A stretch of DNA of 62,886 nt, the filler included, from Octopus bimaculoides (Eukaryota), in assembly GCF_001194135.2 (NCBI RefSeq). It is 6 parts of 6 records of this genome, joined end to end, with 100 filler letters (N's around TTAATTAATTAA, not from the genome) between each part and the next. Parts side by side here need not be neighbours in the genome. Positions count along the whole stretch, not along the records: positions 30,321 to 39,722 come from NC_069003.1; positions 39,823 to 50,585 come from NC_068996.1; 4 more parts are not named here. One strand, 5' to 3'. The translations under genes and the position numbers were made by a program. Shown one piece after another: positions 34,890-49,439 of this stretch (the stretch's first letter is position 1; each line of letters begins with the position of its first letter). The notes beneath the pieces are model-generated. The model was not told the DNA's origin and ran no database searches. It saw nothing but the letters and a program-made list of their open reading frames with translations.

Positions 34890-37800
34890 GTGGTTCCTAT
34901 ATAGTTTCCTTCTTACAAATACAAGGCACTGAAAGCCAAAGTGTGTTACAAAACCACGTCATTCTTTTCTAAGACATTCTTGGTCTGTATGAATGAGATG
35001 TAGCTATTATTTTTCGTAGATTAGGCGCTGAGCTGTCAGAACCGTTGGAACACCGAGGAATATATGCTTAGCAAAATTTCGTCCATCTTTACATTCGGAG
35101 TTCACTATTCCACCGAGGTTGAATTTAAATTTCGTCCTTTAGAAGATGATAAAGCAAGTACCAGTTGAACACTGGGGTCAATGCAATCCATTTTCACCTC
35201 CCCCGAAATTGCTGGCCTTGTACTATAAAGTGAACCCGTTACTTTTAGTGGTTCGATTGATCAGATAGATGCTTTCTGGATAAACTGACACGGTACAGTG
35301 CACAAATTTATTGTTCTAGATATATTGTGATTGTCAGACAAACGTTGTAAATTGTAAGATGGAACAAAAATTCTAGGTCAGAAAAAGTGAAACAAATGCA
35401 CTGTGTCTCTGATTTTTGCAAAACTTCATGTCACTGATGATGATGATGCTGTTGATATTATTTGCACCTTGAGAGCTCTAAAGAAATGTGGAAGGAAAGA
35501 GAATTCCGTGTCATTGAAGACTTGGGAGGAAGCAAGAGTCACTTGAGATTTAAAACCGATGAGGCGAGGATGACAGAATTTGTTAAGGGAAACAGCTAGA
35601 AATCACTGACAAACACAGGCTGATTTAGCATCTGTGATAGAAATAAACACCGAATAAATTGCGTCTACGCTCTAAAGTCTGCAGTGAGATGATGCATAAC
35701 TATCGGCGATCAATCACATAGCTTACTTTATTTTTGCTTTTCTCTAAATGACGACGTCTACGACGTTCTAAGGTGTATGAGCTGTAGTGACCCAGATCTG
35801 AAAGTTAGCAGGATGAGTTATAATATATGACGACTCCTGTAAGCAGTTCAACCGATATACTATGGAACTTTTGGACTCTGAACTCGTTTACCTGTATGAA
35901 AATTGGGTCAACTGACAACTGTTAGAGATTTAATAAAACTATGAAGCAAAACTTTTATTATTTGTCTTCGGTCGATAAATCTTATTTCCTATTTACTTCT
36001 ATCTAGAAAACAAAGAAAACGACTACTATTCCCTCCAAACTTTGCTTTTCTGATTTGGACATCAATGTTTTGAAACTGACTTATTTTCCATTACATTTCA
36101 AAGAGATGCAATACTGATTTGCTGAAGCAGAAATATCGTTATAGCAAATATTCTGCTCAATGTCACAGATATACTTGTCAGTTGCTTGATCTTAATCACT
36201 TGAGAATGTCATTCAGTGGATGACAATAGGTGCGTTTCTGATAATGAGGGATTTTTTTGGGAATTCAATGAATGCATCAAAAGCAAAGCTTGAAGGAGAT
36301 ATTAGCCGTTTCTCATACTTTCTTGGGGTAAGCACATTGGAAATAACAGCTGTTACTTCAGGACTTAAATCGTGTTACTGAGTGTAATTCATATATTCAT
36401 ATTTACTTTCCAGCAAACCTATCTTCGTTTCGTTTAATCTGTGACGTCGAAATTACCAAGTAAATCTCGGGGAAGACATCGCTAGAAGAGCAACAACTTT
36501 TGATTTTTTGCAGGGTTATTTGCATCCCACATTTACACCTTATCTTAGTCTTTCCGTCGTTTCGACGATGATCAGGGACACCATATGGGAAGATGGAGGA
36601 AATGCCACGTAGCATTTTGTCCGGCCTGCCAACTACTCCGCCAGCTCACCGACTTATTGTTGTATAAATGTTGCTTTCAAATGTTAACACAATCAGCAGC
36701 TTCAAGGGAGGGCAGGGGGTTTGAGTGCGTGACTGGTAATTATTTTATCGACCTCTTGTGGATAAAACGCAAAGTCGACCTCGGCGGAATTTGAACTCAA
36801 CGTGAAGACGGACGAAATGGCACAGAGCGTTTTGACCGGCGTATTAACGATCTTATAGTTTGTTGCCTTAAATGTTGTATAAATATTCATGGGTCGTTAA
36901 TTAAGGAGACTTAGTTTCATTTGTCCGAGTATTGCGAACTGGAGAAGAATTCCTGGTCATCATGCTCTGTCGTTCTACCCATAATATAAGATGACACCCA
37001 CTTCATAAAGTTTTCACAACTGATTTATCGTTTCATACGAACATAATTGAAGTCACCATGGAGATTATAAACTCCCTAAAGCGGAATTCATTTGCCCTAG
37101 CGCTGAGAAAGCTACGATTTGATTTTGATCGATTGTTTTGATGGAAGTTATCCCGAAGAAATGGAATTCCAACGCAAAATTGTCGATATCAATATTTCGT
37201 GAAAAGAAACAATAATGTAGTTACTTATATCGCATAATTTAACACTGTGGGAAGCTTTCAATTTCAAACCAGGGTAAGCAGAGTTTACACAAACCTGTTA
37301 TCAATTACGCAGCGTTTCTCGAATGCTTACATTATTGAACAAATATATTTGTATTTGCAATTTATAGTTTGGTGAGAGGATTAGGCCATTTAAGATTTAA
37401 GTGTCCACAAATATAATGAAGATACTTCATTAAACACATGGGAAGCTTTCAAACAAAGATAGAAAAGTTAATGAAAATACTATCGATTATGCACATCTTC
37501 TCTGTACTTACAAGCACTAATGAACTTAACTGTTTCAGTAACGAATTTCGAGTTAAATTGGGGGATTAGGTAGTTTAAGAATTAAATTTAAGAAGATTCT
37601 TACATTATTTCTTACAAGACTTTTAATCTTTTGCTGGTTTCACTAATCTTCTACTTATTATATCGATGTCTCTTTATTTAATCGCTAACGCACTGTATAC
37701 ACATACACTAAAAACATATACATACAGCAGTCATATATACATATAAGCAATATATACATACTAGCGTGTGTTGATATGTGTCTGCGTGCGTGTGCATTTA

Positions 37801-38185
37801 TATAGATGTTTGTGCGTGGGTACTAATGTTTATTTAATTGAATGACTCCGAATGCTCTGTGTTTTCTTGTATTGAGTTCATCAGACGAACTGTGGCTTAG
37901 GGAGACAGAAAGACGTGGCGCAGGGGGTCACGAATCATCAGTATTAATTTGCCCTGTCGGGTTCATTTATTTCATTCGTTTTCATCTCTCTCTACTTTAT
38001 CTTCCTTAAGTCACTGGCCACTAACAACGCTGGGGCACAAGAATAAAAGGCTTCGTTCATGATATCGATTGAAACACACACACACACCCACACACATTCT
38101 TTTTTATTCTTTTATCGTTTCAGTCATTTTTGACTACGGCCATGCTAGAGCACCGCCTTTTGTTGAAAAAATCGGGTCCCATGAC

Positions 38186-38248
<63 letters not shown>

Positions 38249-38299
38249 CGGACTCTCTTGTTTTGTACAAATAGTATAAAACAAATAGTAACTAAGATT

Positions 38300-38515
38300 T
38301 TCTTTTCTACTCTAAGCACAAGGCCCGAAATTTTGGGTAAGGAGTGTAAGTCATATAGATCGACCCCAGTACGCAACTGCTACCTAATTTATCGACCCCG
38401 AAAAGATAGAGAGCGAAGTCGACCTCCGCGGAATTTGAACTCAGAACGTAAAGACAAACGAAACACCGCGAAGCGTTTCGCCCGGCGTGCCAAAGTTTCG
38501 GCCGGCTCGCAGCCT
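38300..38515 (-). mobile_element. SINE family A (others at ~35020-35235 plus and ~36590-36850 minus)
   Basis: aagtcgacctccgcggaatttgaactcagaacgtaaagac. Confidence 0.82.
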
Positions 38516-38872
38516 TATAGTGACTAAGATATTATGCACTGACTTGTAAAGGAACTGCAAAAAATTACAGCTATGACCCGAGAGAAGCAGTGGAAATTGG
38601 AACTTGGATCGTAGATAGTATGTGTCACACTTTCCAGGTTCCTAACTTTAAGGGGATTCAATGAATTAGATGAACACTGATTCAATGAAATGCAAAATGT
38701 GATATCATATGTAAAATTGACAAGATAAAGTGATGGAGATTATCTGAAATGAAAGGGAAAAGCAATCGACAGATAGACACAAACACACACATATATATAT
38801 ATTTATTTTTTCCATGTGTACATATACAATATGTTTATATATCAAACATTGTTTTTTTGTATATACATGCAG

Positions 38873-38907
<35 letters not shown>

Positions 38908-38970
38908 CATTCGTTTATATATGTATTTGTGTATGTATGCACACACACACACACACACACATACATACAT

Positions 38971-39020
<50 letters not shown>

Positions 39021-39049
39021 CTTCTTCGTTAATCTTCATTACATGTTCT

Positions 39050-39330
39050 ATTTCGTTTTATGAAACATCATAGAAGCGCTGAATATTGCAACAGCCGGCT
39101 TCAGCAGTGATATTGAACTATAAACAGCATATCTAACTGAAATGTTCCATATTATCATGCCAAATAGGTAATATATGGAACAGTAGTAACATCAAACGGA
39201 CGCCTTGTAATGAAGTTTAACTACACACAGCCATGAAAAAACATTCGCATAAATACAGAGGAAGAAACGGGTAGGGCCGTACACACACAGAAGCATATAT
39301 CCACTAGTATATTGAAAGACACCGTACACA
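39050..39330 (-). pseudogene. Putative Calx-beta exon remnant
   Basis: KLHYKASV*CY with TGA at 39192-39194; resembles the FREM2 Calx-beta S.VRCY motif with CGA>TGA decay. Confidence 0.35.
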
Positions 39331-39387
39331 CACGCACACACATATATGTACATATACATATACATACCTACATATATTTTTGTATGC

Positions 39388-39440
<53 letters not shown>

Positions 39441-39465
39441 CACACACATATATATATATATACAT

Positions 39466-39512
<47 letters not shown>

Positions 39513-39654
39513 TGTAGTAACACCAAATGGTGGTGCCCCAGCATGGCCAGACCTCATAAGCTGAAATGAGATCAAATAAAAAAAGAGCAAATCATATGCA
39601 TATGCATATATACACACGCGTATATGCATATTTGTTTTTGTATTTAACGGTGTT

Positions 39655-39722
<68 letters not shown>

Positions 39723-39822
39723 NNNNNNNNNNNNNNNNNNNNNNNNNNNNNNNNNNNNNNNNNNNNTTAATTAATTAANNNNNNNNNNNNNNNNNNNNNN
39801 NNNNNNNNNNNNNNNNNNNNNN

Positions 39823-40140
39823 ATACAAAGACCTGGAAATAGAGGTAACTCGAATGTGGAATCTAAAAACAGAAACAATTCATATCATAGTAGGTGCCTT
39901 AGGTATAATAATATTCAGACAAATACATAACAAAAACACCAGGACTTACAAATATATATAACATACAGAAAATTGCACTACTGGGCACTGCACACATCCT
40001 ACGCAAAACACTTTCAATACAGTAACCATAAGAGCATCACAGCAAACCACAGCACATACCCAAGGCACACAGAGCTGCGCTCAGTAGTGAAGTGAAAGCA
40101 TGTTATAAAAATAAAACTACTGAGCAATAATAATAATAAT
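39823..40140 (+). mobile_element. Dong/R4 LINE 3' end with (AAT)n tail
   Basis: YKDLEIEVTRMWNLKTETI..GALG..KIALLGTAHILRKTLSIQ*. Confidence 0.9.
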
Positions 40141-40344
40141 AATGATGATGATGATGATGATGATGATTCTTTCTACTATAAGCATTGGGCCTAAAATTTG
40201 ATATCAAGACAAGAGTACATGCAAATAAGCACACATACACACACATACATACATACACACAACCCCCCACTCACACATACACACATATACACACATACAT
40301 ATACACATACATACATACATACATACATACATACATACATACAT

Positions 40345-41330
40345 ACCTCATGAGATTGGGAAGGCAACTACTTGACAAGCATTCCTTATTCGACAACCCT
40401 GAACTCTTACCCAAAGAAATTGCAAGACTCTACCGTAACATGACATCAGAGGAGAGGATGAATGCATTCCAGCAGAAGACCATGCATGGATACGTNNNNN
40501 NNNNNNNNNNNNNNNNNNNNNNNNNNNNNNNNNNNNNNNNNNNNNNNNNNNNNNNNNNNNNNNNNNNNNNNNNNNNNNNNNNNNNNNNNNNNNNNNNNNN
40601 NNNNNNNNNNNNNNNNNNNNNNNNNNNNNNNNNNNNNNNNNNNNNNNNNNNNNNNNNNNNNNNNNNNNNNNNNNNNNNNNNNNNNNNNNNNNNNNNNNNN
40701 NNNNNNNNNNNNNNNNNNNNNNNNNNNNNNNNNNNNNNNNNNNNNNNNNNNNNNNNNNNNNNNNNNNNNNNNNNNNNNNNNNNNNNNNNNNNNNNNNNNN
40801 NNNNNNNNNNNNNNNNNNNNNNNNNNNNNNNNNNNNNNNNNNNNNNNNNNNNNNNNNNNNNNNNNNNNNNNNNNNNNNNNNNNNNNNNNNNNNNNNNNNN
40901 NNNNNNNNNNNNNNNNNNNNNNNNNNNNNNNNNNNNNNNNNNNNNNNNNNNNNNNNNNNNNNNNNNNNNNNNNNNNNNNNNNNNNNNNNNNNNNNNNNNN
41001 NNNNNNNNNNNNNNNNNNNNNNNNNNNGGCTGATTAGAAGACTACAGATTCAAGCCATCAATGGAACTGTAAAGATATGTAAAACTTTCCAAAAATTTAA
41101 CACATAAATACATATGCATGCATCTAGACATGAAAATATATACATAAAAACGCATCCATAAAACAAACATACAAATCTGCGCATACACTAACACCAAATA
41201 CTGCACACACACACATATGCACAAATACCTAGATGATGTTGATAAAAGTTCCAATGATGGAGCCTTGAATCTATGTTAGAGTCCGGCTCTTTCTCTATGG
41301 ACAAGAAATACAGAAATGAAACTGATTGAT
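40345..41330 (+). mobile_element. Second Dong/R4-like family, probably spanning the gap
   Basis: LMRLGRQLLDKH..RMNAFQQKTMHGY before the gap; RRLQIQAINGTVKICKTFQKF* and UTR after it. Confidence 0.6.
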
Positions 41331-41579
41331 AACATACATACACACACATGCATACATATATAAAAAGGCACAATGGAGAGGAACCTCATCCCTACCACTC
41401 ATGGGAAAGTAGATACAAATTCACCTGGGTGGGCAGTAGTGATTGATTGTATTGTATGGGTATACTTTTGGCAGAGAAATGGGTTGATAAAGTGATAGCA
41501 GTTTTCAGGCTGTGTGATACGATTGTTAAGCATAAACTAGTCTTGGATAATGTAATCATGATATGTATTTATACATATA

Positions 41580-42295
41580 TAAAGGTACATGGCTCACTGG
41601 TTAGAGCACTGGGCTCACAATCATGAGGTAGTGAGTTCAATTCCCAGACTGGGCTGTTTGTTGTGTTCTTGAGCAATACACTTTATTTCACATTTCAGCA
41701 GTAGAAATGACTTGTGACATCACTGGTGCCCCTTTCCCTTGGATAACATCAGTGGAATGGAGAGGGGAGGCTGGTATGCATAGGTGACTGCTGGTCTTCC
41801 ATAAACAACCTTGCCCAGACTTTGCCTCAGAGGGGAACATTCTAGGTGCAAACCCATGGTCATTTATAATCAAAAGGGGTCTTTACCCTTTCCCTATATA
41901 CATACAATGGCATGGAGAGGGGAGGCTGGTATGCATGGGTGACTGCTGGTCTTCCACAACCTTTTTATTTCTTTATTGCCCACAAGGTGCTAAACATAGA
42001 GGAGACAAACAAGGACAGATAAAGGGATTAAGTCGATTACATCGACCCCAGTGCACAACTAGTACTTATTTAATCGACCCTGAAAGGATGAAAGGCAAAG
42101 TCAACCTTGGTGGAATTTGAACTCAGAACGTAACGGCAGACGAAATACTGCTAAGCATTTCGCCCAGCATGCTCATGATTCTGCCAGCTTGACACCTTCA
42201 TAACACAACCTTGCCTGAACTTGTGCCTTGGAGGGGAACTTTCTAGGTGCAGACCCATGGGCATTCATGACTGAAGGGGGTCTTTACCCCTTACC
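41580..42295. mobile_element. SINE C (plus) and a second SINE C interrupted by SINE A (minus)
   Basis: cacaacctt duplicated at 41955-41963 and 42204-42212 flanking the SINE A. Confidence 0.8.
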
Positions 42296-42399
42296 TTTTT
42301 TTATAAATATACTGGGCTGATCAGAAGGACCAAGTTTATTAGGTCCTTTTTCCTTGACATTGGACTTATTGTAGCTAGGAACTTCAGCAGAAATGCTGG

Positions 42400-42760
42400 G
42401 TAGTACTCCAATGGATTACAAGGTACTCATAGACATTTATGGCTTTGGTTCTAGAAATTAGGAGGAAACAAAACAGCTAGAGCTTTGTAAAGCAAATGAT
42501 TTGTTGATCCGCAACACTAACTATAGCAAAGCAACCGGGTACCTAATCATCAATCAATCTGGTGGAGATACAAGCCAGATTGACAACATTCCCACCAGAA
42601 AAAAAAAGTTAGGTGGATAGGCAGATGCTTGTGAATGTGAAGTCTTTCCTGAGTCAAAAAGGTACAACCTAACATAGGTTACTAAGCAGTTCGTTAACTT
42701 CAGAATTAGAGCTAGAAAGACTCAGAGATGTAAACCAATATGGGAAAGGTGAGTGTTTAA
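42400..42760 (+). mobile_element. RTE LINE apurinic-endonuclease fragment, decayed
   Basis: YGFGSRN*E..LELCKANDLLIRNT..QSGGDTSQID motifs. Confidence 0.7.
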
Positions 42761-43575
42761 GCTTAAGGATTTTTCAAACAGTCAAAGATTGTATGTGAGG
42801 CAGAGATAATCTTGAAGGATCCCAGTGGAACAATAAATCTACAGAAATATGTTAGCACAATATAAAGCCCCTTCAAAACCAGGTTAAAAACCACAAATCT
42901 TCATTTAATACCCAGCAGAGATGTAACGTTACAACATTGACAAAACATAAGTATTGAAAGAAAATGCTGCACAATATAACATTAGAGGAAACTGCTAGGA
43001 AAATGCAGATCCTGACTCAAAAGGAGTAGGGGATGCAGATTCTGTTTAACAGAGAAAACAAGAGTCATGTTTAAGAATCATATTGAAGTTTAGGTGTTCT
43101 TCCATGCAGAGAGAGGCACCTGAACTTTAAAAATGAAGTTTATTCCTGCTGCTCTCATGTATGCAAATATATTTTAACCAGCAAGATTGGTACACTCTAT
43201 GTATAAATTGGCCCTTCCCCCATTGCTGCTTTCCTCACTACAAATGAGAAGTAAATATTTTCTCCTCCACACTCAGCTCTTATATATACACATTTATACA
43301 AATACACACATATACACAACTACTCATGGTTTTGAAAAATAAAATCCTCTTTATCACCCTCCCATCCTGGTACCTTACCTATCCCCCATGTCTCTATCTC
43401 TAACTTCATCTTTACTCCATTTTCACCCGACAATCAAATATCACATAAAACTGGGGTGGGGCCTTTTGCCACCTGAATGGTAGCACACAAGTCACAGGTT
43501 AAATGTGACTAAACCAAAAGGATCCATCTTGATGGACATAGGAGCTAGTCTTGTTATCTTTATTCTATTAGTCTA

Positions 43576-43638
<63 letters not shown>

Positions 43639-43639
43639 C

Positions 43640-45672
43640 CTCAGGTATGGTTGGCTGTGTGGTAGGAAATTTGCTTCCTAACCACATGGTTCTGGGTTCA
43701 GTCCAACTGAATGGCACATTAAGCAAGTGTTTTCTACTATAGCCTTGGGCAGACAAAAGCCTCATGAGTAGATTTGGTAGATGGAAACTGAAAGAAGCCC
43801 ATCATCATCATTTAAAGTTCATTTTCCTTGCTGGCGTGGATTAGTCTTGTTATTTTTATTCTGTTTGTCTATTACCTTTGGCTGTATTCTGTCATCCATG
43901 AATTTTGTTCCAGCTTTTTACAACTTCAAGACCTATAAACTGGAAGTTGTGTTTTCAGGCTTCCAGTTGGAAAAAGCCCAAGTCATACTATTCCATTCAG
44001 CCATGTCTGATGATTGCTAAATTTGCCTTTCCATATGTGGAATGAAACTGTTCAGTAACAACTTTAGTTGGCTATCATGAGACTATAATATTATGTAAAT
44101 AATAATATACCTGCTCTATCACCTAATGTATAAGTGACTGTGTTTGTTTTGCCACAAGAAAACTTCTTGGCCAACTATAAATAAATAGATAAAAAATGCA
44201 TACATACCTCAGGCATGATTAGCTGTGCGGTAAGAAGTTTGCTTCCTAACCACATGGATCTGGGTTCAGTCTTACTGCATGGCACATTAAGCAAGTGTCT
44301 TCTACTATGGCCATGGGCTGACAAAAGCCTCATGAGTGGATTTGGTAGATGGAAACTGAAAGAAGCCTATCATCATCATCATCATTATTTAATGCCTGTT
44401 TTCCATGCTGGCATGGGTTTGACAGTTTGACTGGAGGTAGTAAGCCAGAGAGCTGCACCAGGCTCCAGTTTGTTTTGGTTTGGTTTATATGGCCAGATGT
44501 CCTTAATGCCAACCACTCCATAGAGTGTACTGGCTACTTTTTTCATGTCATCAGCACAGGTGCCTTTTACGTGTCACTGGCACAGGTGTCTTTCATGCAT
44601 CACCAGCACTGGCTATGACCACATTTCACTTAGCTTGACATGTCTTCTCAAGCATAGTAATTTACCTGAAGATTCAATCACTTGTCATCACCTCTGTGAG
44701 ACTCAACATCTAAAGGTAACATTTCACCATCTCACCCCATGTCTTCTACTTCTTCAACATGTTTCTTCTACAATGAGAGACTGACACTTTTTCTTGCACA
44801 CGATAGAGAAATGTGGGCCCTGAATGCAGAGGATATGTGAAGACTGGAGGGGAATGAAGTTAGTATGCTCCATTGGATGTGCAATGTCAGTGTACACGTG
44901 TAACAGAGTACAAGTGTATTGAGAAAAAAGTTAAGCAAAAGAGGAGTTATATGCAGTGTGCAAGAGACTGTGCTAGTTTGGTCATGTGATGCAGATGGAT
45001 GAAAACAGTTGCAAAAAGAAAGAGTGCTGATTATTTAAATGTGGAGGGATGTTGTAGAAGCAGGAAGACACGGGATAAAGTACTAAAGGTCAATCTGAAA
45101 ACGCTGAGTCTAACAAAGGAGATGTCAGAGGACCACGATATGTGGCACATTGCAGTACTGAAGAAGATCCACTCACCGAAACAGAACTGATATCTTAAAA
45201 CCAGAGTGCCACGTAAAAAGCACTGGTGTTAGTGCCATGTAAAAATGGACTAGTGAGGTGCGATATAGAAAGCACTGGTGCTGGTGCCACATAAAAAGCA
45301 CCCAGCACACTCTGTAAAGTGGATGGCATTAGGAAGGGCATCCAGCCCAAACAGGCCAAAATAGACTATGGAACCTGGTGTGGCCCTCAGCATTGCCAGT
45401 TCCTGCCAAGCCATCCATCCCATGCCAGGATTAAAACGGAACATGATGATATATACATATATGTGAAAATAGAAGACTGGAAAATTTTGGTATATTTTTA
45501 ATTCCACGTCCCTTGTGTTTCTTTACAGTATAGGAATTACAAAGGTATATACGTAGAAAAAAAACGTGTTAAATCTTATAATAATTCTTCAGCTAATGAT
45601 TAAAAAATAAATACTATAATATGCAGATGTGCTTCACAAAGACACAGCTTGGAATACAACCCCCTATATGCA

Positions 45673-45715
<43 letters not shown>

Positions 45716-45723
45716 TGTTTGTT

Positions 45724-45769
<46 letters not shown>

Positions 45770-46472
45770 TACTTGTCTTGACATCACATGAGAGTTTGTA
45801 AATGATTGTCCCAATATTCAGCAAGAACATGTCTGGCATTGGGGAAATATTAGCTTGCTAAGAGACAAGCAAGGGTTAGCATCAGGAAGGGCATCTGACC
45901 ATAGAAAATTTGCTTTGATAAATTCTGTCTGACCCAAGTGAGCATGGAAACATGGACATTTAAATGATAATGATGAAACCCAGGAAGACATGAGATGAAG
46001 TGGTGAAGCATGATCTTTAAATGTTGGGCCTCATAAGGGCAATGACAAGTGACCGAGACCTTTGCTGATATGTCATGCTTGGGAAGATCTGTCAAGCTAA
46101 GTGAAATCATAGTCATGGCTGATGCCAGTGTCACATAACTGGCACCTGTGTTGGTGGCACAGAAAAAGCACCTTTCAAATGTTGGACCTTGTGGAGACAG
46201 TGACAAGTGACCGAGGCCTTAGGGGTATAGTGTGCTTGAGAAGACCTGTCAAGCCAAGTGATATTGTAATCATGGGCCATGCTGGTGTTATGTAACTGGC
46301 ACCTGTGCCAGTGGCACATATAAAGCACCCATTACAATGGTTAGTGTTACAAAGGGTATCCAGCTGTAGAAATCATGTTAAATCCAATTGGAACTTGGTG
46401 CAGCTTCCCAGCCTACTAGTTTTCAGTCAAACCGTCCAACCCATGCCAGCATGGAAAACAGACATTAAATAG

Positions 46473-46511
<39 letters not shown>

Positions 46512-47900
46512 GGATAAAACTTTAAAACTTTCACACACCCTACCCCAACAAACCAAATTACATCTCTTCTCCCAAACCGCGTCTCTTCTCTTCTTCACAT
46601 TTCCTCTTCATACACTATGATTATCTCCCACTCCCCGATCCTGTCCTCACAGCCTGTCCTCACTGTATCATTGCTATCCTCACTCTCTCTATATACCCAG
46701 GAGTCTCACCAGTCACTGCATTTCCCACCCCCACTCCTTACTCATACCTTTCTTGGCAATAAGCTGCCACTTGTATTATGACCTTGAACCTCAAGGGTAC
46801 GCCCTGGCACTTTTGCCACCATTTATCTCTCTCTTCCATTACTCAACCATGACATCTATGTTCTGATCCCTGTTCCTTGTGAGCATACCTTGGCACGTCG
46901 CCACCATCTCCCTCCTGTTCTCGCTTGCACTCTTGCTGTCTTCCCTCTCTTTCTCTCTCCCTCTCTCTCTTTCTCTCTCCCTCTCTCTCTTTCTTTCTCC
47001 CTCTCTCTCTTTCTCTCTCCCTCTCTCTCTTTCTCTCTCTCCTTCTTTTGCTCTTCCCTCTGGCTGGGTAACCATGTATTTCCTTTACAGCAGCACACCT
47101 GTTTCTGTCCTCATTCTTGTTAACTCTCTCTCCCTATCTCTCTCTTTGTCTCTCTCTCCCTCTCCCTCCCTGGCTGGGTAACCATGTACCTCCTCTACAG
47201 CAAGTCACCTGTTTCTGTCACTTTGTCTCTCTGTCACTCTCTAACCTTTCAACTGACACAAGATCACCTCCTCCCATGCATCCTCCCCTCTCAAAGGGTC
47301 CTTGTCTTGCAAGTTACTTGGTGACCCTGCCAGCGCTAGCGTCACATAAAAAGAATCCTGTCCACACTGTGTGGTGGTTGGCATTTGGAAGGACATCCAA
47401 CTGTAAAAACCACGCCCAAATTGTCCTTGCCTGTGCTGGTGCCACATAACAAGCACTCAATCCACTCTGTGGGGCAGTTAGTTTTAGGAAGGGCATCCAG
47501 TCATAGAAACCATGCCAAAAAAGACACAGAAGTCTGGTGCAGTCTGCTACCTGGCCACCTCCTGTCAAACCAGCCAACCCATACCAGCATGGAAGACGGA
47601 CATTAAATGATAGCAATGATGATATATAGCCATCATCATCATCATCGTTTAATGTCTGCTTTCCATGCTAGCATGAGTTGGACGATTTCACTGAGGACTG
47701 GTGAACCGAATGGCTGCACCAGGCTCCAATCTGATTTGGCAGAATTTCTACAGCTGGATGCCCTTTCTAACGCCAACCACTCTGAGACTGTAGTGGGTGC
47801 TTTTACATGCTACCAGCAAGACAGCCAGTGTTTTTTAAGTGCCACCTGCACAGGAGCCAGTCCAGTGGCACTGGCAACGACCTCACTCGAATAATTTTCT
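43640..47900. mobile_element. Cluster of non-autonomous RTE-tailed repeats in both orientations plus SINE B heads
   Basis: Recurrent gtggcac.taaaaagcacc..ggcattaggaagggcatccag..tgccagcatggaaaac.gac.ttaaa(tga)n modules. Confidence 0.7.
44780..45180 (+). mobile_element. RTE LINE RT C-terminus
   Basis: W AL.AED..LE.NE.SMLHWMCNVSVH..FGHVMQMDE..KTRDKVLKV.LKTL..DHDMW. Confidence 0.8.
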
Positions 47901-48374
47901 AACGTGCCAGTAAAGAGACACTGCAGTGGATCATATATCATAAAAAGAAGCACACTCTAAAATTTAGAGTAAATAAAATAAATATATATGTGTGTGTGTA
48001 TTATTTATTTANNNNNNNNNNNNNNNNNNNNNNNNNNNNNNNNNNNNNNNNNNNNNNNNNNNNNNNNNNNNNNNNNNNNNNNNNNNNNNNNNNNNNNNNN
48101 NNNNNNNNNNNNNNNNNNNNNNNNNNNNNNNNNNNNNNNNNNNNNNNNNNNNNNNNNNNNNNNNNNNNNNNNNNNNNNNNNNNNNNNNNNNNNNNNNNNN
48201 NNNNNNNNNNNNNNNNNNNNNNNNNNNNNNNNNNNNNNNNNNNNNNNNNNNNNNNNNNNNNNNNNNNNNNNNNNNNNNNNNNNNNNNNNNNNNNNNNNNN
48301 NNNNNNNNNNNNNNNNNNNNNNNNNNNNNNNNNNNCTGCTAAATTTATTCTAAAATGTAAGAATGTTTAATAAT

Positions 48375-49135
48375 CCTTTCCCCAATAGGCACAAGGCCTG
48401 AAATTTGCGGGAGAGGACTAGTCAATTACATCAACCCCAGTGTTTCATTGGTACTTATTTCAATGACCTTAAAAGAATGAAAGGTAAAGTTGATCCTGGC
48501 AGAATTTGAACTCAGAACATAGCGACAGGCGAAATACCGTTAAGCATTTCGTCCAGCATACTAATGATTCTTTTCTATTCTAGGCACAAAGCCCAAAATT
48601 TATTGGGAGGGAACCAGTTAATTAGATTGATTTCAGTATGCAACTGGTACTTAATTTATTGACCCTGAAAGAATGAAAGGCAAAGTCGACCTTGGCGGAA
48701 TTTGAACTCAGAACGTAAAGACAGACAAAATACCAATTTCTTTATTGCCCATTAGGGGCTAAACATAGAAATGGACAGAACAACTGATGAGCTCAGTAAA
48801 TCGGTATGATTTTACATAAAATATGACTTTTAAAATTAAATAAAATATATAAAAAATCGAATGAAATTAACAATACAGGGACAATACAAATGAAGCGATG
48901 ATCAGACCACACTCCGACCCCCCAAGCCCCGATCTATCGCTGGTACCTTTTTTTGTTCTTTTTTTCCATCTATTCACACGGTTCCTTTCACACACAACAC
49001 TCGTGCATCATGCTTCCATCTCTTTTGGAACGTACACTCTGACAGACATCTCTTCTCCAGCCACACCTTCCTTTTATAGACAAAATAACGCTAAGCATTT
49101 CGTGCGGCATGCTAATGTTCCAGCCAGCTCACTGC
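48375..49135 (-). mobile_element. Tandem SINE A copies (also 50345-50550)
   Basis: Family A motifs. Confidence 0.8.
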
Positions 49136-49439
49136 CTTTGTAAGAATGTTCTTTTTTTTTTTTTTTATAGTTTCAGCTTAGAGCTGCAGCCATTAGTTTC
49201 TTCAAATACAAAAGTAAATAACTTGGCACAGAAATCATTTTGAACTAAGCTCGTTGGTAGACTGTACAACTGTCAAAGACAACACATTCAGATATTCTAC
49301 TTCTTACACCTCTAAGTCTATAAACATTCTAACGATTATTAGTGTAACCAACTATTCTTGTTATAACAATATTTTGGCCACCGGCAAACTGTAGCACAGA
49401 TGTACAAAACAGCAAAATGACAATAAAAAATATTAAAAC

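Noticed and set aside
37105-37203. Plus-strand peptide YDLILIDCFDG resembling a methyltransferase motif
   Set aside because: Only ~31 codons between stops, no in-frame splice sites or supporting exons; chance level
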